A DNA stretch of 64,000 nucleotides from Ophelia neglecta (lineage: Eukaryota), in NCBI GenBank assembly GCA_965285935.1, contig OZ260663.1, positions 93,310,001 to 93,374,000 on the forward strand. The letters run 5' to 3'. The translations under genes and the position numbers were made by a program. Below the pieces are notes generated by a model, which saw only the letters and a list, made by a program, of their open reading frames with translations, was not told the origin of the DNA and did no database searches. The stretch's first letter is position 1, and every line of letters begins with the position of its first letter. Of this stretch, positions 38,315 through 51,557 are shown piece after piece.

Positions 38315-41300
38315 ATGGATACTCTGCTGAAAGACTTCATTCTTAGCTTGGTTTTCGTGATAGCGTGGATAACAACAGTTAGCTCGAGTAAGTACTGCAT
38401 ATTATTAGCCAATGACAAAGAACGCCATCTTACACAGGCATCGACTAACTCATGGCCGCGTTTAAACATACCGGGCATACGTCCTCCTATGCTAAATTCG
38501 AGATATAAGCATAAGTGAGTTGATTATATACTCTGGACTGATGAGGTCACATTGTATATTTTGGTAGAAATGAAAGCATGCTTATTCTTTTAAGCTGTAT
38601 ATACTGCCCTGAGCATAGATCTACATGCTATTGGGTAGAGGTGTTGAATCTGGACATGCCGTTAAGTGGACCAGGTTCAACAGAGTGTTAAATATAAGCC
38701 CACCTAATGTCAATGGCAATATGTTACCTGTAGATGCGCTATTCCAATGAAGGAATACATATATTAACACATCGCCCGCATATTTCAATTAGACATGTAG
38801 TGGCTAATTCTCTAGCTGAAATCCTTATTATAATATACGGTTTATTACTTTGGTAGGTTGCTTATGCGATGAAGAAATTAAATTTCAAGGAGTTATCATA
38901 TAGAATATCATTATCTCGTAATTATCAATATTGATTATAAATTAAACAATGGTTAATAAAACTTGGTATATTAAATATTGATTACCAACTTAAGGTTCGA
39001 TTGTCAATAGTACCTTCTAATGATGATTATTAGGTGATACATACTATCAAGACTAATGTAATATGCAGTGGACTATAAACTGATATAAATAGTTTTATAA
39101 TGAAATCATGTCATCTTGAACTTCAAGCGGTAAAACTCCACAGTCAGGACCAAAATGTTTTCAGGATATTAGGCCATAGCATAGTATCATTGAACATTGT
39201 AATAAAAACACGATATATCCTTGTATCGATGGTATTATCAACAGTTAATTAAATATTGAATAATACTCATTAAAAAAAACAATGCATTGAGATACTTGTC
39301 TGTGAAGAATAACAGTATATTGTGATACGAAAACGAAGTGGATACCGGTAAGACAAAGCGATATCGTCACTTAAATCTTTCACTTACTCCTTCCGAATTT
39401 ATCGGATACCTAAGCAAGGCCCAAATTGGTGATCCCTGGTTCCATAACTGTATATAGATAAGTAAAAAAAAAATCATTATTCATAGAGCGATTGAATGGT
39501 AAACTTAGTTTTTAATTCGGACCAGGAAAAGTCTGCTATAGGCTTGAGTAATATATTCTGCTCTTTCTTGGGCTGGGGGTCTTGTGCATACGATTCCTAC
39601 TGATATATCAGTATGTGTTGCAGATGTATTCAGGGACCTTTTCCACCCCTACATGGTTCTGTGATTATTGGGACAATTTCACCTTTATTCTTTAGTTTTT
39701 AAAATTATTACAGAGCTTGGACCAAACTAGACTGTACTGTGGCAAATTGCCTCTGTTCTACGTTGGCCACTGACTATCAATGTTATGTTTTGTTTCATAT
39801 TATTATGTAGGTCTGTCACTGCACTTTCCAGATGCTTTCGGACAGATTTAATGGAATTTTCGTGATAAGTGAATTTGCGGTGTCTGCAGGGTATGCGCTC
39901 CCGTTTTTAAGTCCAACATTCAGGGAATTACTTAAATAATTGATATACAAGTTGGTTATAGGTGCATATTAATATAACTTGAGAGAAATTACATGGCGAT
40001 TGCTTCTGTCATGGCATATCTGTGTACCATTTCACATGTTTTTCCATTACAAGTCAGACCCCAACTATTAGCCCTGAATGCGACTCGTTATGTTGTATTG
40101 AAACAGCTTTTCCCTAGCATGTGCTTAGGGAATTAAATGAATTATGTAGGTTTTCTCTTTACACCCATTGTTATTAGCTTCCTTGGAAGACAAGTAAGTC
40201 ATAAAATGTACCGCCTGCTTCAAACCATTGGGAGCGGGCTATACTCTAAGCACTACCAGATTAGACAGAGGGATTAATAAATGAGGATTTTCCTTTAGAT
40301 GCCACTGTTTGAATACGCATACTGTGCTGCGAGGCTAGGCGTTGCGCGACGTAGCGAGCAGCGGCTTGGCGTTAAACGTGTAGCACAAACTGAGTGCCAA
40401 GAACTCTTGCACAGCGATACGTGTATGCATTAAACTGAGAGTGTGATATCCCCTTGTACAATATAATGGATGCTTCAGGTAGAGCAATCAGACCTAGGCG
40501 TAAGCAGACACATACTAGGTGGAATAATATCCATGCAACTGCCGGGTAGTGTCCCCGAATTCATAATATGACCACTAACCGCTGTATAGTAAAATATCCC
40601 CATTAATTGTGGCCCCAATGCCAAACACGCACATCAATAATTCACGAAGCATTTTTTTATTAATTGATACTGGTTTCTCGGCCCATCACTAGTTGTGTGT
40701 ATTTATTTAAGAAAAAAGTGCACTAAAATTTGTTCTTTAGTAGAAAATCTTGCTTCAACCCTAATGCGCTTCGTCAAAATATATATCATGGCCGAGATTT
40801 TTTAAAATTTGCTTTTTCAACCTAATGAAAAGGATTTATGTGGAATGGCAAAGTATGAATCACCAAACAGGCGATGTAACTGTCACACTTCTAACCCTAC
40901 TACTGCATTATGTGTTACCCAATAGAGTGTACTGGAATATCAGTGGAGAAACGTAATTACATAGAAAGGCTTCCGTATGATGTTTATGGCGCCCATGTTT
41001 TCCACGCAAATACGCAATGCATATTATCATTTGGTGTCCGGCTTCAACTAATATCCAGTTTAAAAATAAATTGGTATTTATATTCATTAAGAAAACTTAC
41101 AAAAGAAAGTATTGTGCTCTGAAAGAAAGCCAATGAAATTTGGAACTAGATTTTTGGTTAAAACCACATACCATTCCATGGAGGATCCAATGCACACAGT
41201 GCGCTGATACCTTATCCGCACATTATGATCGAGATATGCCAAGATAAGTCGAGACAGAGGTAAAATTCAAATCGGTTCAACGACAACAGGGGTAATAATA

Positions 41301-44300
41301 CTGCCAATTACCCAGTGTAACATGTTTATAAGAATTAGCACGCATTTTAGCATATGCATTCCGTCACCTTTGGTATAAAAGAAGCTTTTGCAAAGAGAGG
41401 CGGTATCCTAGACTTACATTTTCCTGTTGAATTGGACTATGGCATATTAATGCAGAACATCAGTAGTTTGGGCACAGCTATCTTATGTAGCACTATCTGG
41501 TTGAATGCATGCCTCTTAATGACAAGTCAATCTAAAATTCATCCCCATGTTACGTTATTTAAATCACGACATATGTTCGAACCTATATTACGAAGAATGT
41601 AAGAGAATGCAAAACGACCTTAAAAATATATTTTAGAAAAGAAAACGACCAAATAAGTAACACCTCACTAAGCAGGAGCTCTCTGTTTCTTGTGAATATA
41701 TTCTGTTTTATATAGCTATCGCCTGTATGAAAGAGCAATCTAAAATTATCATTTTTGGTCTGACATTATCATACAATCGATGTTTACTTGCAGGAAAACA
41801 AGAGGTTTGTGTTTATAAAACATACAATGCAACTTGTGCAGATAACGAGGTTATACAAATGGAGCTTGCGCACTACGGCCGAATGTCGGTTGGTAGTTGC
41901 ATACAAGATGCTTTCAAGATTGGTTGCCAAGAAGACGTGTTGGGCTATTTTGAATTCCTTTGTTCTGGAAGACAATCATGTCAGGTAGAACTCCCGGATA
42001 AACGCCTAGCAGCCAGACATCAGCCTTGTGCCCGAGGCTTAGAATCATACTTACAGCTGGAGTATAACTGTATAAATGGTAGGTTAAATCAAAGGTATGA
42101 ACTCTACACTAGTTTGGTCTAAACCGTAGCGATAGTTTATTTGGTCTAATCCACATCGATATATTTCACGTTTAAGCCAGTACTAATATAATGGTGTAAT
42201 GCAAACACTGGTCTCCTGGCTCTTTAGTCCCCCGGACACAAAACCAAAGGGAAGTAAGGCCCCGGGGACGAAATTTACCAGGGGTTTGGGACAGGCGGAT
42301 GTAATGAACCAGGATTTCGAGACCGGATCCTTTATATACTAGATATTTCTAGACCGCCGGACTTAAAGTACTAGCGTTTCAAGACTAGTTTTCATCTGAT
42401 TGTTTGTAAAATCCTATGCTTTGGGTTTATACACATATTTATTTATTTGCTTATCAATGAACTATCTTAATCTAGTACATACCTCGACAAGGGCGTGTGG
42501 CGGCAACCCAATCCCAGTCTCGGGAACACAAGGCTTGCTGGCCAATTATATAACAGGGCGGACAGGGCAGGGTTCAGCGGAATGTCCCTGGGTCGTCCGG
42601 GGATCTCCTGGGCAGAAAATCCGCCTCACATTACACGACTACGCGGTGATACCACCTCTCAAGTCTCAGAGAGGCGGCGCTGGAAGGCCGAATTCAGGAT
42701 TCCGACAACCAGCAAGGTCGGATATATGCCATATTTACGCCAGAGTTACAGAAGGTAGGTCATCTGAAAACATCAAACAAATCATCATGACTTTAAGGAT
42801 ACTTCCAAATGTACTATAACGTTAATTTGCTCAGAGTTTATAATAGTCTAAGGGTCCATTCTCAGTTTTGGTATTACTTGTATATTTGGAAGATATAATG
42901 ATTTTCACACAAACCGGTTTGTAGCCTTTTATTGACAAGTATTTGAAAACATATAATAATGGGTTTTTACACTTAACTCGGCAATATTCCAACTCATCAG
43001 CGGTCAATTTGTAATAATAATATTAGCAATAGCGTCGTATTTTCGCTTCTGAGAGCAACATTGTATAATTATTTCATACCATCTCTGGAGCATACCCTGA
43101 ACTTTAATGACTATATTTTCGAACAGATAACACACGTACTTAATATTTTCACTGTATTGCGGCGTATGAATTAAGTCCTATCGAATCTGCCGTGCAGTCC
43201 TGTTTCCTACTCCCAAATAGCTTTAATTCCTATCCTGTACCTTATGCACTCAAGAGAACTCTTTGGATATTCATGTACAGGAGTGGTCATAATGGGCCTC
43301 GCCAAAGTTGGGTAAATCTGTTAACTGATAAGTTGTTATATGGGTTACTATTCCCCTAATCATTACTTTTGAACGCCACCATATTATGCCGGGCTTAAAA
43401 ATTAAATGGTCTTTAATGTGGCTTGCTTTCCCAAATGTCTGAACATTCACCAGGACAATTAGTAGGCGATACTTAAACATTTCCCTTTAGGTGTGTTGGG
43501 AAAATGATATAAAACAGGATTAAGGAACCATGCGATGGAAAACTATTATGCACATTAATTGTGACAGAGAACAATAGTCCTCAAATGATTTGTGTAATCA
43601 TGATTCACTGTGACACTTCTTTTGTGTCTGAAAACAATACAGTGGCGTGAGTCATGAAGCAGATCCTTTCTATTGTGAGAGCGACAGGTGCACTTCCATT
43701 GTGACGATAAACATCGTACGCGTGTGGCCTTGACAATGTACACGTACGAAGGCCATCACGACAATTATTTGGGCAGGTGGCATAGTTGATTCATGCGCTG
43801 TACCGATGGAAACAACAACTGATCTCTAGAGTGTCTAATAGACTGCATTCAATAGGCATCCCGTCCAGTGTACACACCATTAGCTGGAAGCATCCCACAA
43901 TTTAGTCCCACATAAAACCCCGTTAAACGCCCCTGAATATTTTGCCTGTTTTATTAGTATCAATAACAAAGTGTTTTTCTTTCTATAACTGCAATTTACC
44001 TGTTATTTTAAGTAATTATCATTATCTGTCGTCAGACACCTCAAAGAGTTCCATCCCACTGTGTAGGGGTGAGACAACAGAGGCAGTAGTGTACCTCTCG
44101 GAGACAGAAAGCATAAACATCGCCGTAACCAACCCCAAACACACACAACATTCGGCATATTTCCTGCTTCGTTACGAAAGTGAGTAAACTTCGTTTGAAC
44201 ATGTGAATAGTGGGCACACAGATATAATCCATCATTTGGTTCAATTTTTAATTTCAAATAATTGTTAAAGTTAAAAGTGTTACCTCGATTTCGTCTATGA

Positions 44301-45882
44301 AAGAGTGCCAGTCAAAACTGTTTCTATTTTTCCTTTATTCACTGCAGTTGTAGGCTGTCCTAAGTACGTACCACCGGACGGAGCTGTCATTTCACACCAA
44401 GGTAGCGTTATATCCGTCTTATGTCCTGACACAAATGCTGAGTGGCATGTGTCTTGCGAAGGTACCCGCTGGACGCCAGAACAGACAGTCACCAACTGTA
44501 CCTTGCCAGGTTTGTAAAACGATATATACTGAATAAATTCAATGCTTCAACTAATAAAGTGGATATTGAGCAGATAAACTATCATTAGTAGGCAGAAAAA
44601 TATCTAATACATATAACACGATTTATCGAGAATGGTCAGTAGGAGACCTACAAGCAGTCCCTCTTGGAAAATTTCGTATGAGAGTCACAGACAGGCGTGG
44701 CCTCAAGTGCCGGTATTTTAAAAGAAACACATTATTTCAGTATCATTTCATGCGTCTAAACACAATTTATCACCAAATAATTGTTTATATTTACCACAGG
44801 TGAAGCGTCTTTGGCAATAGGAGCTTTGTTCAAGAGTGCTCTGACCTTACCACACTGTAAGTAATTAACTACTGGTAAATTAAACTTAACATATATTTTT
44901 TCAATGCTATGTAGTATCAAAATTGTTCTTATTATAAAACTTATTAAAACGTGTTCTGTTTCTTCTCAATAAGGGATTATATACAATCAGTATACGCGTT
45001 GTTATAGTTATCATTAAGCTGGTTGGCGTTAGTAAGCATTGATACCATTTTATTTATGCCACATTTATTTAGTGGTGCCAATTAATACCTAGGCTACTTT
45101 TCAGGGATTCTTATTGTGCTAATCCTAACCGCTGCCATTATCATAGCAGTCCCTATTCTTGTGATCGGCATTTTACGTTTTAGAAGGTAAGTCTAAAATT
45201 ATTCTCACTGACTTTCACAGCATATATGCAGAGGTTACTGATTATTATATATATAACCAGAAAGCAAGATTTGATCATTGCTGCTATATAAAACAGGCAG
45301 ATCTGTTCAATTACCGTGGGCATCAACATATCTTTCGATTGTGTTTCTCTGTCTTTCTTTCATAACAGAAACAGTGACACTGTAATAACGTCCGTGACAA
45401 ATACTCAGATGGATGCTGAGAAGTATGTATCACCACCTGCAACTAAAGAGTACCATCCAATGCTAGATAAGTGCGATAGATCAAACAAATATATCGGCGG
45501 CAGGGAGTATACAACTACTGTACATAGACATATGGCCGTACGTCCTGACGCCGAAACACCCGGTGTACGAGCATCGCCAACCTCTGGATTACCGGTGGCT
45601 TTATTCCCAGACGCCGATAACGAAACCGGTCAAGAGACACCGAGTTATGAGCGATACCCTCAGGACAATAGACATAGTTCATTCAAACCATATTTCATGG
45701 AACATAAGTATGAGTCTCCAATGGTGTTTCAGCGCACGCGCAGTGAGAGTGACACCAGTGAGCCGTTATACAACGAGGTGTACCAGGAGCAGACCGATTC
45801 CTGCACCAATCAAAATGGAGAACACACAGGATCTGACACAGGGGATGTGGACCAGGAGTCAGCAGTGTCTTCGACATCGTAG
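38315..45882 (+). CDS. Lectin-CUB-CCP-TM receptor paralogue 6 (531 aa, diverged)
   Basis: join(38315-38387,41794-42078,42476-42754,44036-44179,44348-44509,44800-44856,45105-45186,45369-45882)=1596 nt. Exon sizes and phases conserved; introns largely unalignable with copies 1-5. Confidence 0.9.
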
Positions 45883-47070
45883 TTGGCCGTATCTTGAACG
45901 ATTATTGTCATGAAGACTGGCCAAGCTTTTATTGCGGAAACAATCAAAAATTAAGAATAGTAATGTACATGGCTAAAGAATGCAATTAGAGTTGTATACG
46001 TGCTGCTTTAAGGTTATTCGTTTTTTGAACTGTGGGGAAGAGTTCATATATGGATCATTGTTTATTGTGAGGGTGCGAAATTGTGACTTTCAAACGCAGC
46101 ATTTGTGTTTGATTATTTTTCAACGGACCGACAGTCGAAGCTTTATGCGACGGCTATACAAGCGGCTTAAAATGTATTAACTGCTTCACATTATATCATG
46201 TGGCTGTCTCCATCACAGGTTTAATCATCATATATACTTAGCTTATTGTTCCCCATTACCATTGTATTATTAGGAGGTGTATTATGAAATGACATGAACT
46301 ATAAAGTGTTATATAAGCTCAAAGATTCTTAGTTACGGTGTCCAACCCATAACATATATATGGCGGGTTAAGCAGATACTTCATAACGTTAGTCTTCTAT
46401 CCAAGTCTTCGCAACATAAACAGTGGCTATAACTAATTTCAAGCTATTCATGGACAAGCCTTGAAGTATATGACAGTTGTCACATTTGTGGCGAACTATT
46501 TTACATGGTTTCATGAACACCCGGGTAGTAAAAAGTGTAGAGCACTTGGTTGTATTAACATAGGGTTGTGTTGAAGAACTGCGTATACCGTGCAAGCTAA
46601 TTGTTCATCATAGAATGAATTGTTGACCAAAACTTACACAGATATTTGCCTTCAAAATGATATAATACTTGATATTTAATGAGTGTTTAGAATATGACTG
46701 AACAAATCACAAGTAATAATAGAAAGCCTAATGCGCTCTTCCAGCCCATTATTAGAATTTTTTCCGGTCTGGTGTTGGTTGCAATGTGATACACTTTGGG
46801 CCCAGCTATCAGGCAAACAACAATCAGCTCCTATCGGTCAAAGTTGAGTACAAAATGCTGATTATTGAAACCATTTTTTCTTGACATAGTTGTATGCTGA
46901 AACATTCTGTAAAGACCAAGGTCCCAAGCAATACGTCTATGTTTTTGCGTTGAAGTGAACGGTGCTCTTATTGAGTTGAGGATAATAAAATAATTAATCA
47001 ATCAATCAACTGTTTTCCCTTGCATACACTGAAGATATCGCTGTCCCTTCTATGGTGTACATTTTTTCAG

Positions 47071-47152
47071 GGATTCTCGTGGTGGTTATTATAGCCACTG
47101 CTCTTATCATAGCGATCCCTATAAGTGTGATCGGCATTGTAAGGTTCAGAAG
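47071..47152 (+). other. Orphan TM exon of the same family (alternative exon, or remnant of a deleted paralogue)
   Basis: ttttttcag|GG ATT CTC GTG GTG GTT...TTC AGA AG|gtcaac. It is 82 nt like every TM exon here and encodes (W)ILVVVIIATALIIAIPISVIGIVRFRR. No neighbouring family exons were found. Confidence 0.8.
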
Positions 47153-47389
47153 GTCAACCAATAGTTTTATTTTGTAACTATTGATATAACATATACGTGC
47201 GTTCAAAAAAAAGAAATGCCCCATCAATGTCCCTCATGTTGCTCATTTCCGACGACTCGAGGCTCAGTAAGTGGTAACACGAATAATACAAGATCATCGA
47301 TATAACCTTATACATTTATACTTCAGGACTCGCGGCACAGGGATATCGATCGTAACAAATGCCCAAAAGGAAGCTGATCGTAATTTCGG

Positions 47390-48132
47390 AATGAAATAAA
47401 CTTCCCTTTTGCATCAGACTAAGTCAGAGTAAAGCTATTTAAGAAACGCATCTCCTCCGCAACCCAGAGACCTCCCTCCTGGTTTTTCATGGGCTCGAGA
47501 CCTACACAAATTTTCTTAGCGCAGTGCCGGCTGGGCTGTTCTTGCTTAAATGAGCATCTTTATCTTAAACACTGTATATCGTCCCCTGCATGTCAATGCG
47601 GTGCAGTCAGTGAAAGCGTTAGTTACTTCTTTTTATTTTGTGAAAAATATTCCCGCCCGCGACTTCCACTATTTGAAAAATTCAATCGTCATTACATACC
47701 CAGCAATAATCATGTTTAAACAATTCTCCATGGGCCTGCTTTAACTCCTTGCCGGAGTTTGTAAATCTAATCGATGTCTACGTCAGCAATTCTGGCCGCT
47801 TTGCCAACTAATATACTGTTTAAATTATATTATTGATTTCATACATTTTCCATTTCATTCATCGATTCGCCATTGTACATATATTCTTAATCATCTTTCC
47901 TTCGTTTGTCATATTATTTTCACAGTATTTGTGAAACAAAATAGATGCTTAAATTAAGATACATACCTTCATCCATTCTTTTTCGAACCTATCGGTGCAT
48001 GCAATATTTGTTCTTATTCTGTTGGCGCATGTTATAGATGTAATATAAACATTTCTGTTGTTTTTACGTGATACTTACTTTTGTTAGCATTTGCTATTGT
48101 AAAAATCACGTTAAATAAATATGTTTAAACCA
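47390..48132 (+). mobile_element. 5'-truncated non-LTR retrotransposon (CR1/L2-like) relic
   Basis: Broken frame ...FKKRI...PSWFFMGSR...LAQCRLGCSCLNEHL....ISSPACQCG..ESVSYFFLFCEKY...SGRF, typical of the C-terminus of LINE ORF2. Followed by an AT-rich 3' UTR ending AATAAATATGTTTAAACCAAA. Confidence 0.68.
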
Positions 48133-49995
48133 AATGTAAGCTGATAAGTGCATGCCATATCCGAAAGGTGCATATAATAAGAACGGACCATTGCTGGCTA
48201 ATATTGATACATAACAAATGTCTCCCCGGGAAGAGAGTACACAAGTACAGGGGACAGACACATGGCATCAAGCCCGGTAATCGTGAAACCAGGGCAACAA
48301 CACCAACCCATAAACTGTGATTAAAAAAATTTAAAATAGTTTTTAACAATTTTACGAAAAGTTAATCTTTAAGGGGTGACAAATCATTTGTCTCAAGTAA
48401 CCGAGCAACCTTAGGAAGACTATTTGACAAGTTTTAGGCAAGGGATCTGTTGTTTTGAATTGTTAAAACTTTGCTCGAACACCTGGCACTTTCCCAGAAT
48501 CAAAATTAGGTCTAAAAAGCGCTCAAACACAGGCTTTCGGGCCACGCACACCAAGAAACAAATAAAATGTTCATCCAGTACTTTTAATAGTCTCTGAATT
48601 GTCTTTACTTGTCTCCGAATTGTATTTGAATTCTCTCCGAATTATTCGCATTAGTTGGCGTATCAATCTATCCAAACTATGCTTTAAGCAATCTAGTCGG
48701 ACCATCTGGAATAGACTTGTGAGGTAATAAATTATGTAAATATACAAATAATGAAGGATGGAGTAGCGGATGATGAGTAGTTTGAAGGGCTAACTGGTTA
48801 ATTAGGGTGGAATAGAATCAGCCAAGCAATAAGTAAGGCCCCAAATTGTGCTGCCAGGCTCGCCATGAATCGCTCAAGGCTGGATGCCAGGCCGGACGTA
48901 TTGAGTTCCAGTCTACTCCGATCAGAGGAATGAAGCTTAACGTGTGGTCAGTTGAATTGAAGATTACTTCATATTAATGCAGGGTTTCTACTTTAATATA
49001 TGATTGAAATATATTCCTTTGGAGGGAATTCTAGTTGGATTTAGTGGGACGGCGACGAACTGGCTAATTATCTTGTAGAAAAGTGTCAGCTTTGCCCTAT
49101 TGTCTGCCAAGGTCCTCGAGCATGGATGTTAGAAAGTTCGTGCTGTGATATCTATTTGTGACATACCACGCTGCTCTCCGGATCATATTGATGTAATGTG
49201 TCAGTGGTTTCCTCGCTTCTTGAGGTGTTATGGTGAAATTTGTTGTCGAGTTGATTCTTTCAGGCTAACAAATTGGGCTGGTTTTGTATAATTTATTATA
49301 CAAACACACATTCGCTTAGTTCTTTATAATATAGGACTATCTATGTTAACTCACGGTACATGAGGCTTCTGAACTGGGTAAAGACTGGCATTATGTGAAT
49401 ATTACAAAAGAACGTAATTCAATCATATACTCAAGCTTTATCCAATAAACCCAGTAAGGTATGCTTACGGCTGGTCCAACCAACACTCTTAGATGAACTG
49501 ACCGGCTACACATGTATTGGATTTGCATAAATAATGCATTATAAATTAAGTTTCGAGTTGGTATTTTTTAACATTCGGGATCTCAGTAATACAAACATTT
49601 ACGCGAGTGTATCACCGATGGCATGCACGTGGAAGGTCAAGGGTAATACCAATAGACCGGAAATCATAGTACACAGAAAACAAAGACTAACGCTATACTA
49701 GGACGTTGATTTCATTGCTTACAGCTATGACAACTTTTTTTGTCAATTGTTCTTGCTACGTTTTTTTGGATTCAGTTATTTCCCCTAGAAACCTTTAATT
49801 TCCGAGTATATCTTAGATTCGGAAAGGACATGTATACCGATTTTATTGGAATACACATTATTTGTTGAATAGCTGTGGCAATCGTCAATTATATAGCTGT
49901 CTGTTAAAGTCTGATCCTTAATTGCCATTGAATAATATAGTCGTTGTGTATTAGAATCTACATATAATATTGTTTCGGTCAAATATAACATAAAC

Positions 49996-50171
49996 TGGGC
50001 CCGCTTGATGGAAATGTTTTGAACTCAAAACTAGGATTAAATCACGATAAAAATGCTGATTTTTGACTTTACTAATCGGGGTTATTGGAAGTTGGATTTG
50101 GTCTTAAACCTAAACATGTTGTTCTTGAATTTAATCCTGGCCAATGGAATTTCGATAAATAGGGCCTCAGC
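49996..50171. mobile_element. Small degenerate MITE-like palindromic element
   Basis: Imperfect inverted ends (GGCCCGCTTGATGGAAA versus reverse complement GGCCCTATTTATCGAAA) plus an internal inverted pair AGGATTAAAT/ATTTAATCCT. Confidence 0.4.
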
Positions 50172-51309
50172 TAATCGGTAATTGGCTAATCTAATCAAAA
50201 AACTTTAACACGCTTTATTTTCAAATATATTAAGCACGTCATTATTTTTACTCAAAGTTTAATGATAACCGTATGAATAACAAATTTTACTGCTATATTG
50301 TTATCAGCTTTTATGGCAATGACCGATGCGGTAGGCCTGTCGCATATTCTCTTATTGGTGTTATGTAAGTAGACCATAATTCGGCCATTTTTATCAAGTT
50401 AAGGGATCAACTATAGCAGGGCGGGCACCGAAAAAAGGCCCACAAAGTTTCTTCAGAAGGCTTATGAGGTCCAAATATTTGGTCTGGGTCTACGAGAATT
50501 AATTTATCTATGTGTTGAAGAAATAAAGTTGTCCCGCTTGTCTAAAGCGTGGATTTTTATCTAACCTCTACTGTCAGATCGACAACTCTAGGGATAGAGA
50601 TTAGGGTGTGTCCGGTGTAGTTCTTGTAGATTCGGGCCGCCAGATTCACGGCGCATCCCCGTCTATAGTGGTGTTCCCTGCTGTCTCTCTTCCCGCACGC
50701 GCCAAACGTTTTCATCATACTACTAGCACCCGGAATACGGATTATCGCATTTATTTTGGAAAAATAATCGGTTGGTTCGTGGTATTTGTCTATCCGGACT
50801 CATAGATAAACTATTTTTATTTACCTACCTACCAAAATTGCATTTTACTGTGGCTTTCTCAATAACCCAATGAGCGAATTGCTCATCAATGGAGGACTAA
50901 ACACGGCATTTTCTAAAATAGGGACCACATTGCAGGTTTTGCCGGAGCCGGAGACCTTACTACGGTTCGCTGAGCTTTTTCATCTTTACATTAAAGCAGA
51001 TTCATTTTCTTCTAAGGGGACCACATTTTTAAGACCCGTCTTAGAGCATTTCACTTACACAGTGTTGAGTATTTTTAATCTATACCTAATGCTTCGGAAT
51101 ATACGTTGAATCACGTGTAATTTGCTAATAAATAACATGAAAACGAGGAAGGCACACAGATAAAGTCACTTATCACTTCATTTCTACAGCGTTCTAAAGT
51201 GGATAATAGTTTTGTGCGATAACTTCCTTCCACTAACCAGCCACTTGCAATGTTTATCAAAAGTAAACCGATTGTACAACCCTGTCGGCTGAACTTACCC
51301 AGATCATGT

Positions 51310-51428
51310 GAGGAGCGGCGAGCACAGTGAGTAGTGCGCACAGCTCCTGCGCTGTTCTCACCACCCATTGCACTGCGCCGCAGTGAAAGCCTGCATCGAG
51401 TTCTGAACGTGACACTCCCAGTTTGGGA
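51310..51428 (+). promoter_or_regulatory. Conserved upstream element of paralogue 7
   Basis: CCACCCATTG at 51361-51370, 197 bp before the ATG; GAGTTCT and GACACTCCCAGTTTG follow. Confidence 0.7.
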
Positions 51429-51557
51429 TTGAACTCAGAGCGTAATATACAAGCTAAAGCTGCGTATTATAATCATTATGATAATTACAAAATGAGGATA
51501 TAGCACTAAACGTAGCAGGTTAACATTCAAACGGCGGTTTTGTGGTTTGTGTTTGTA

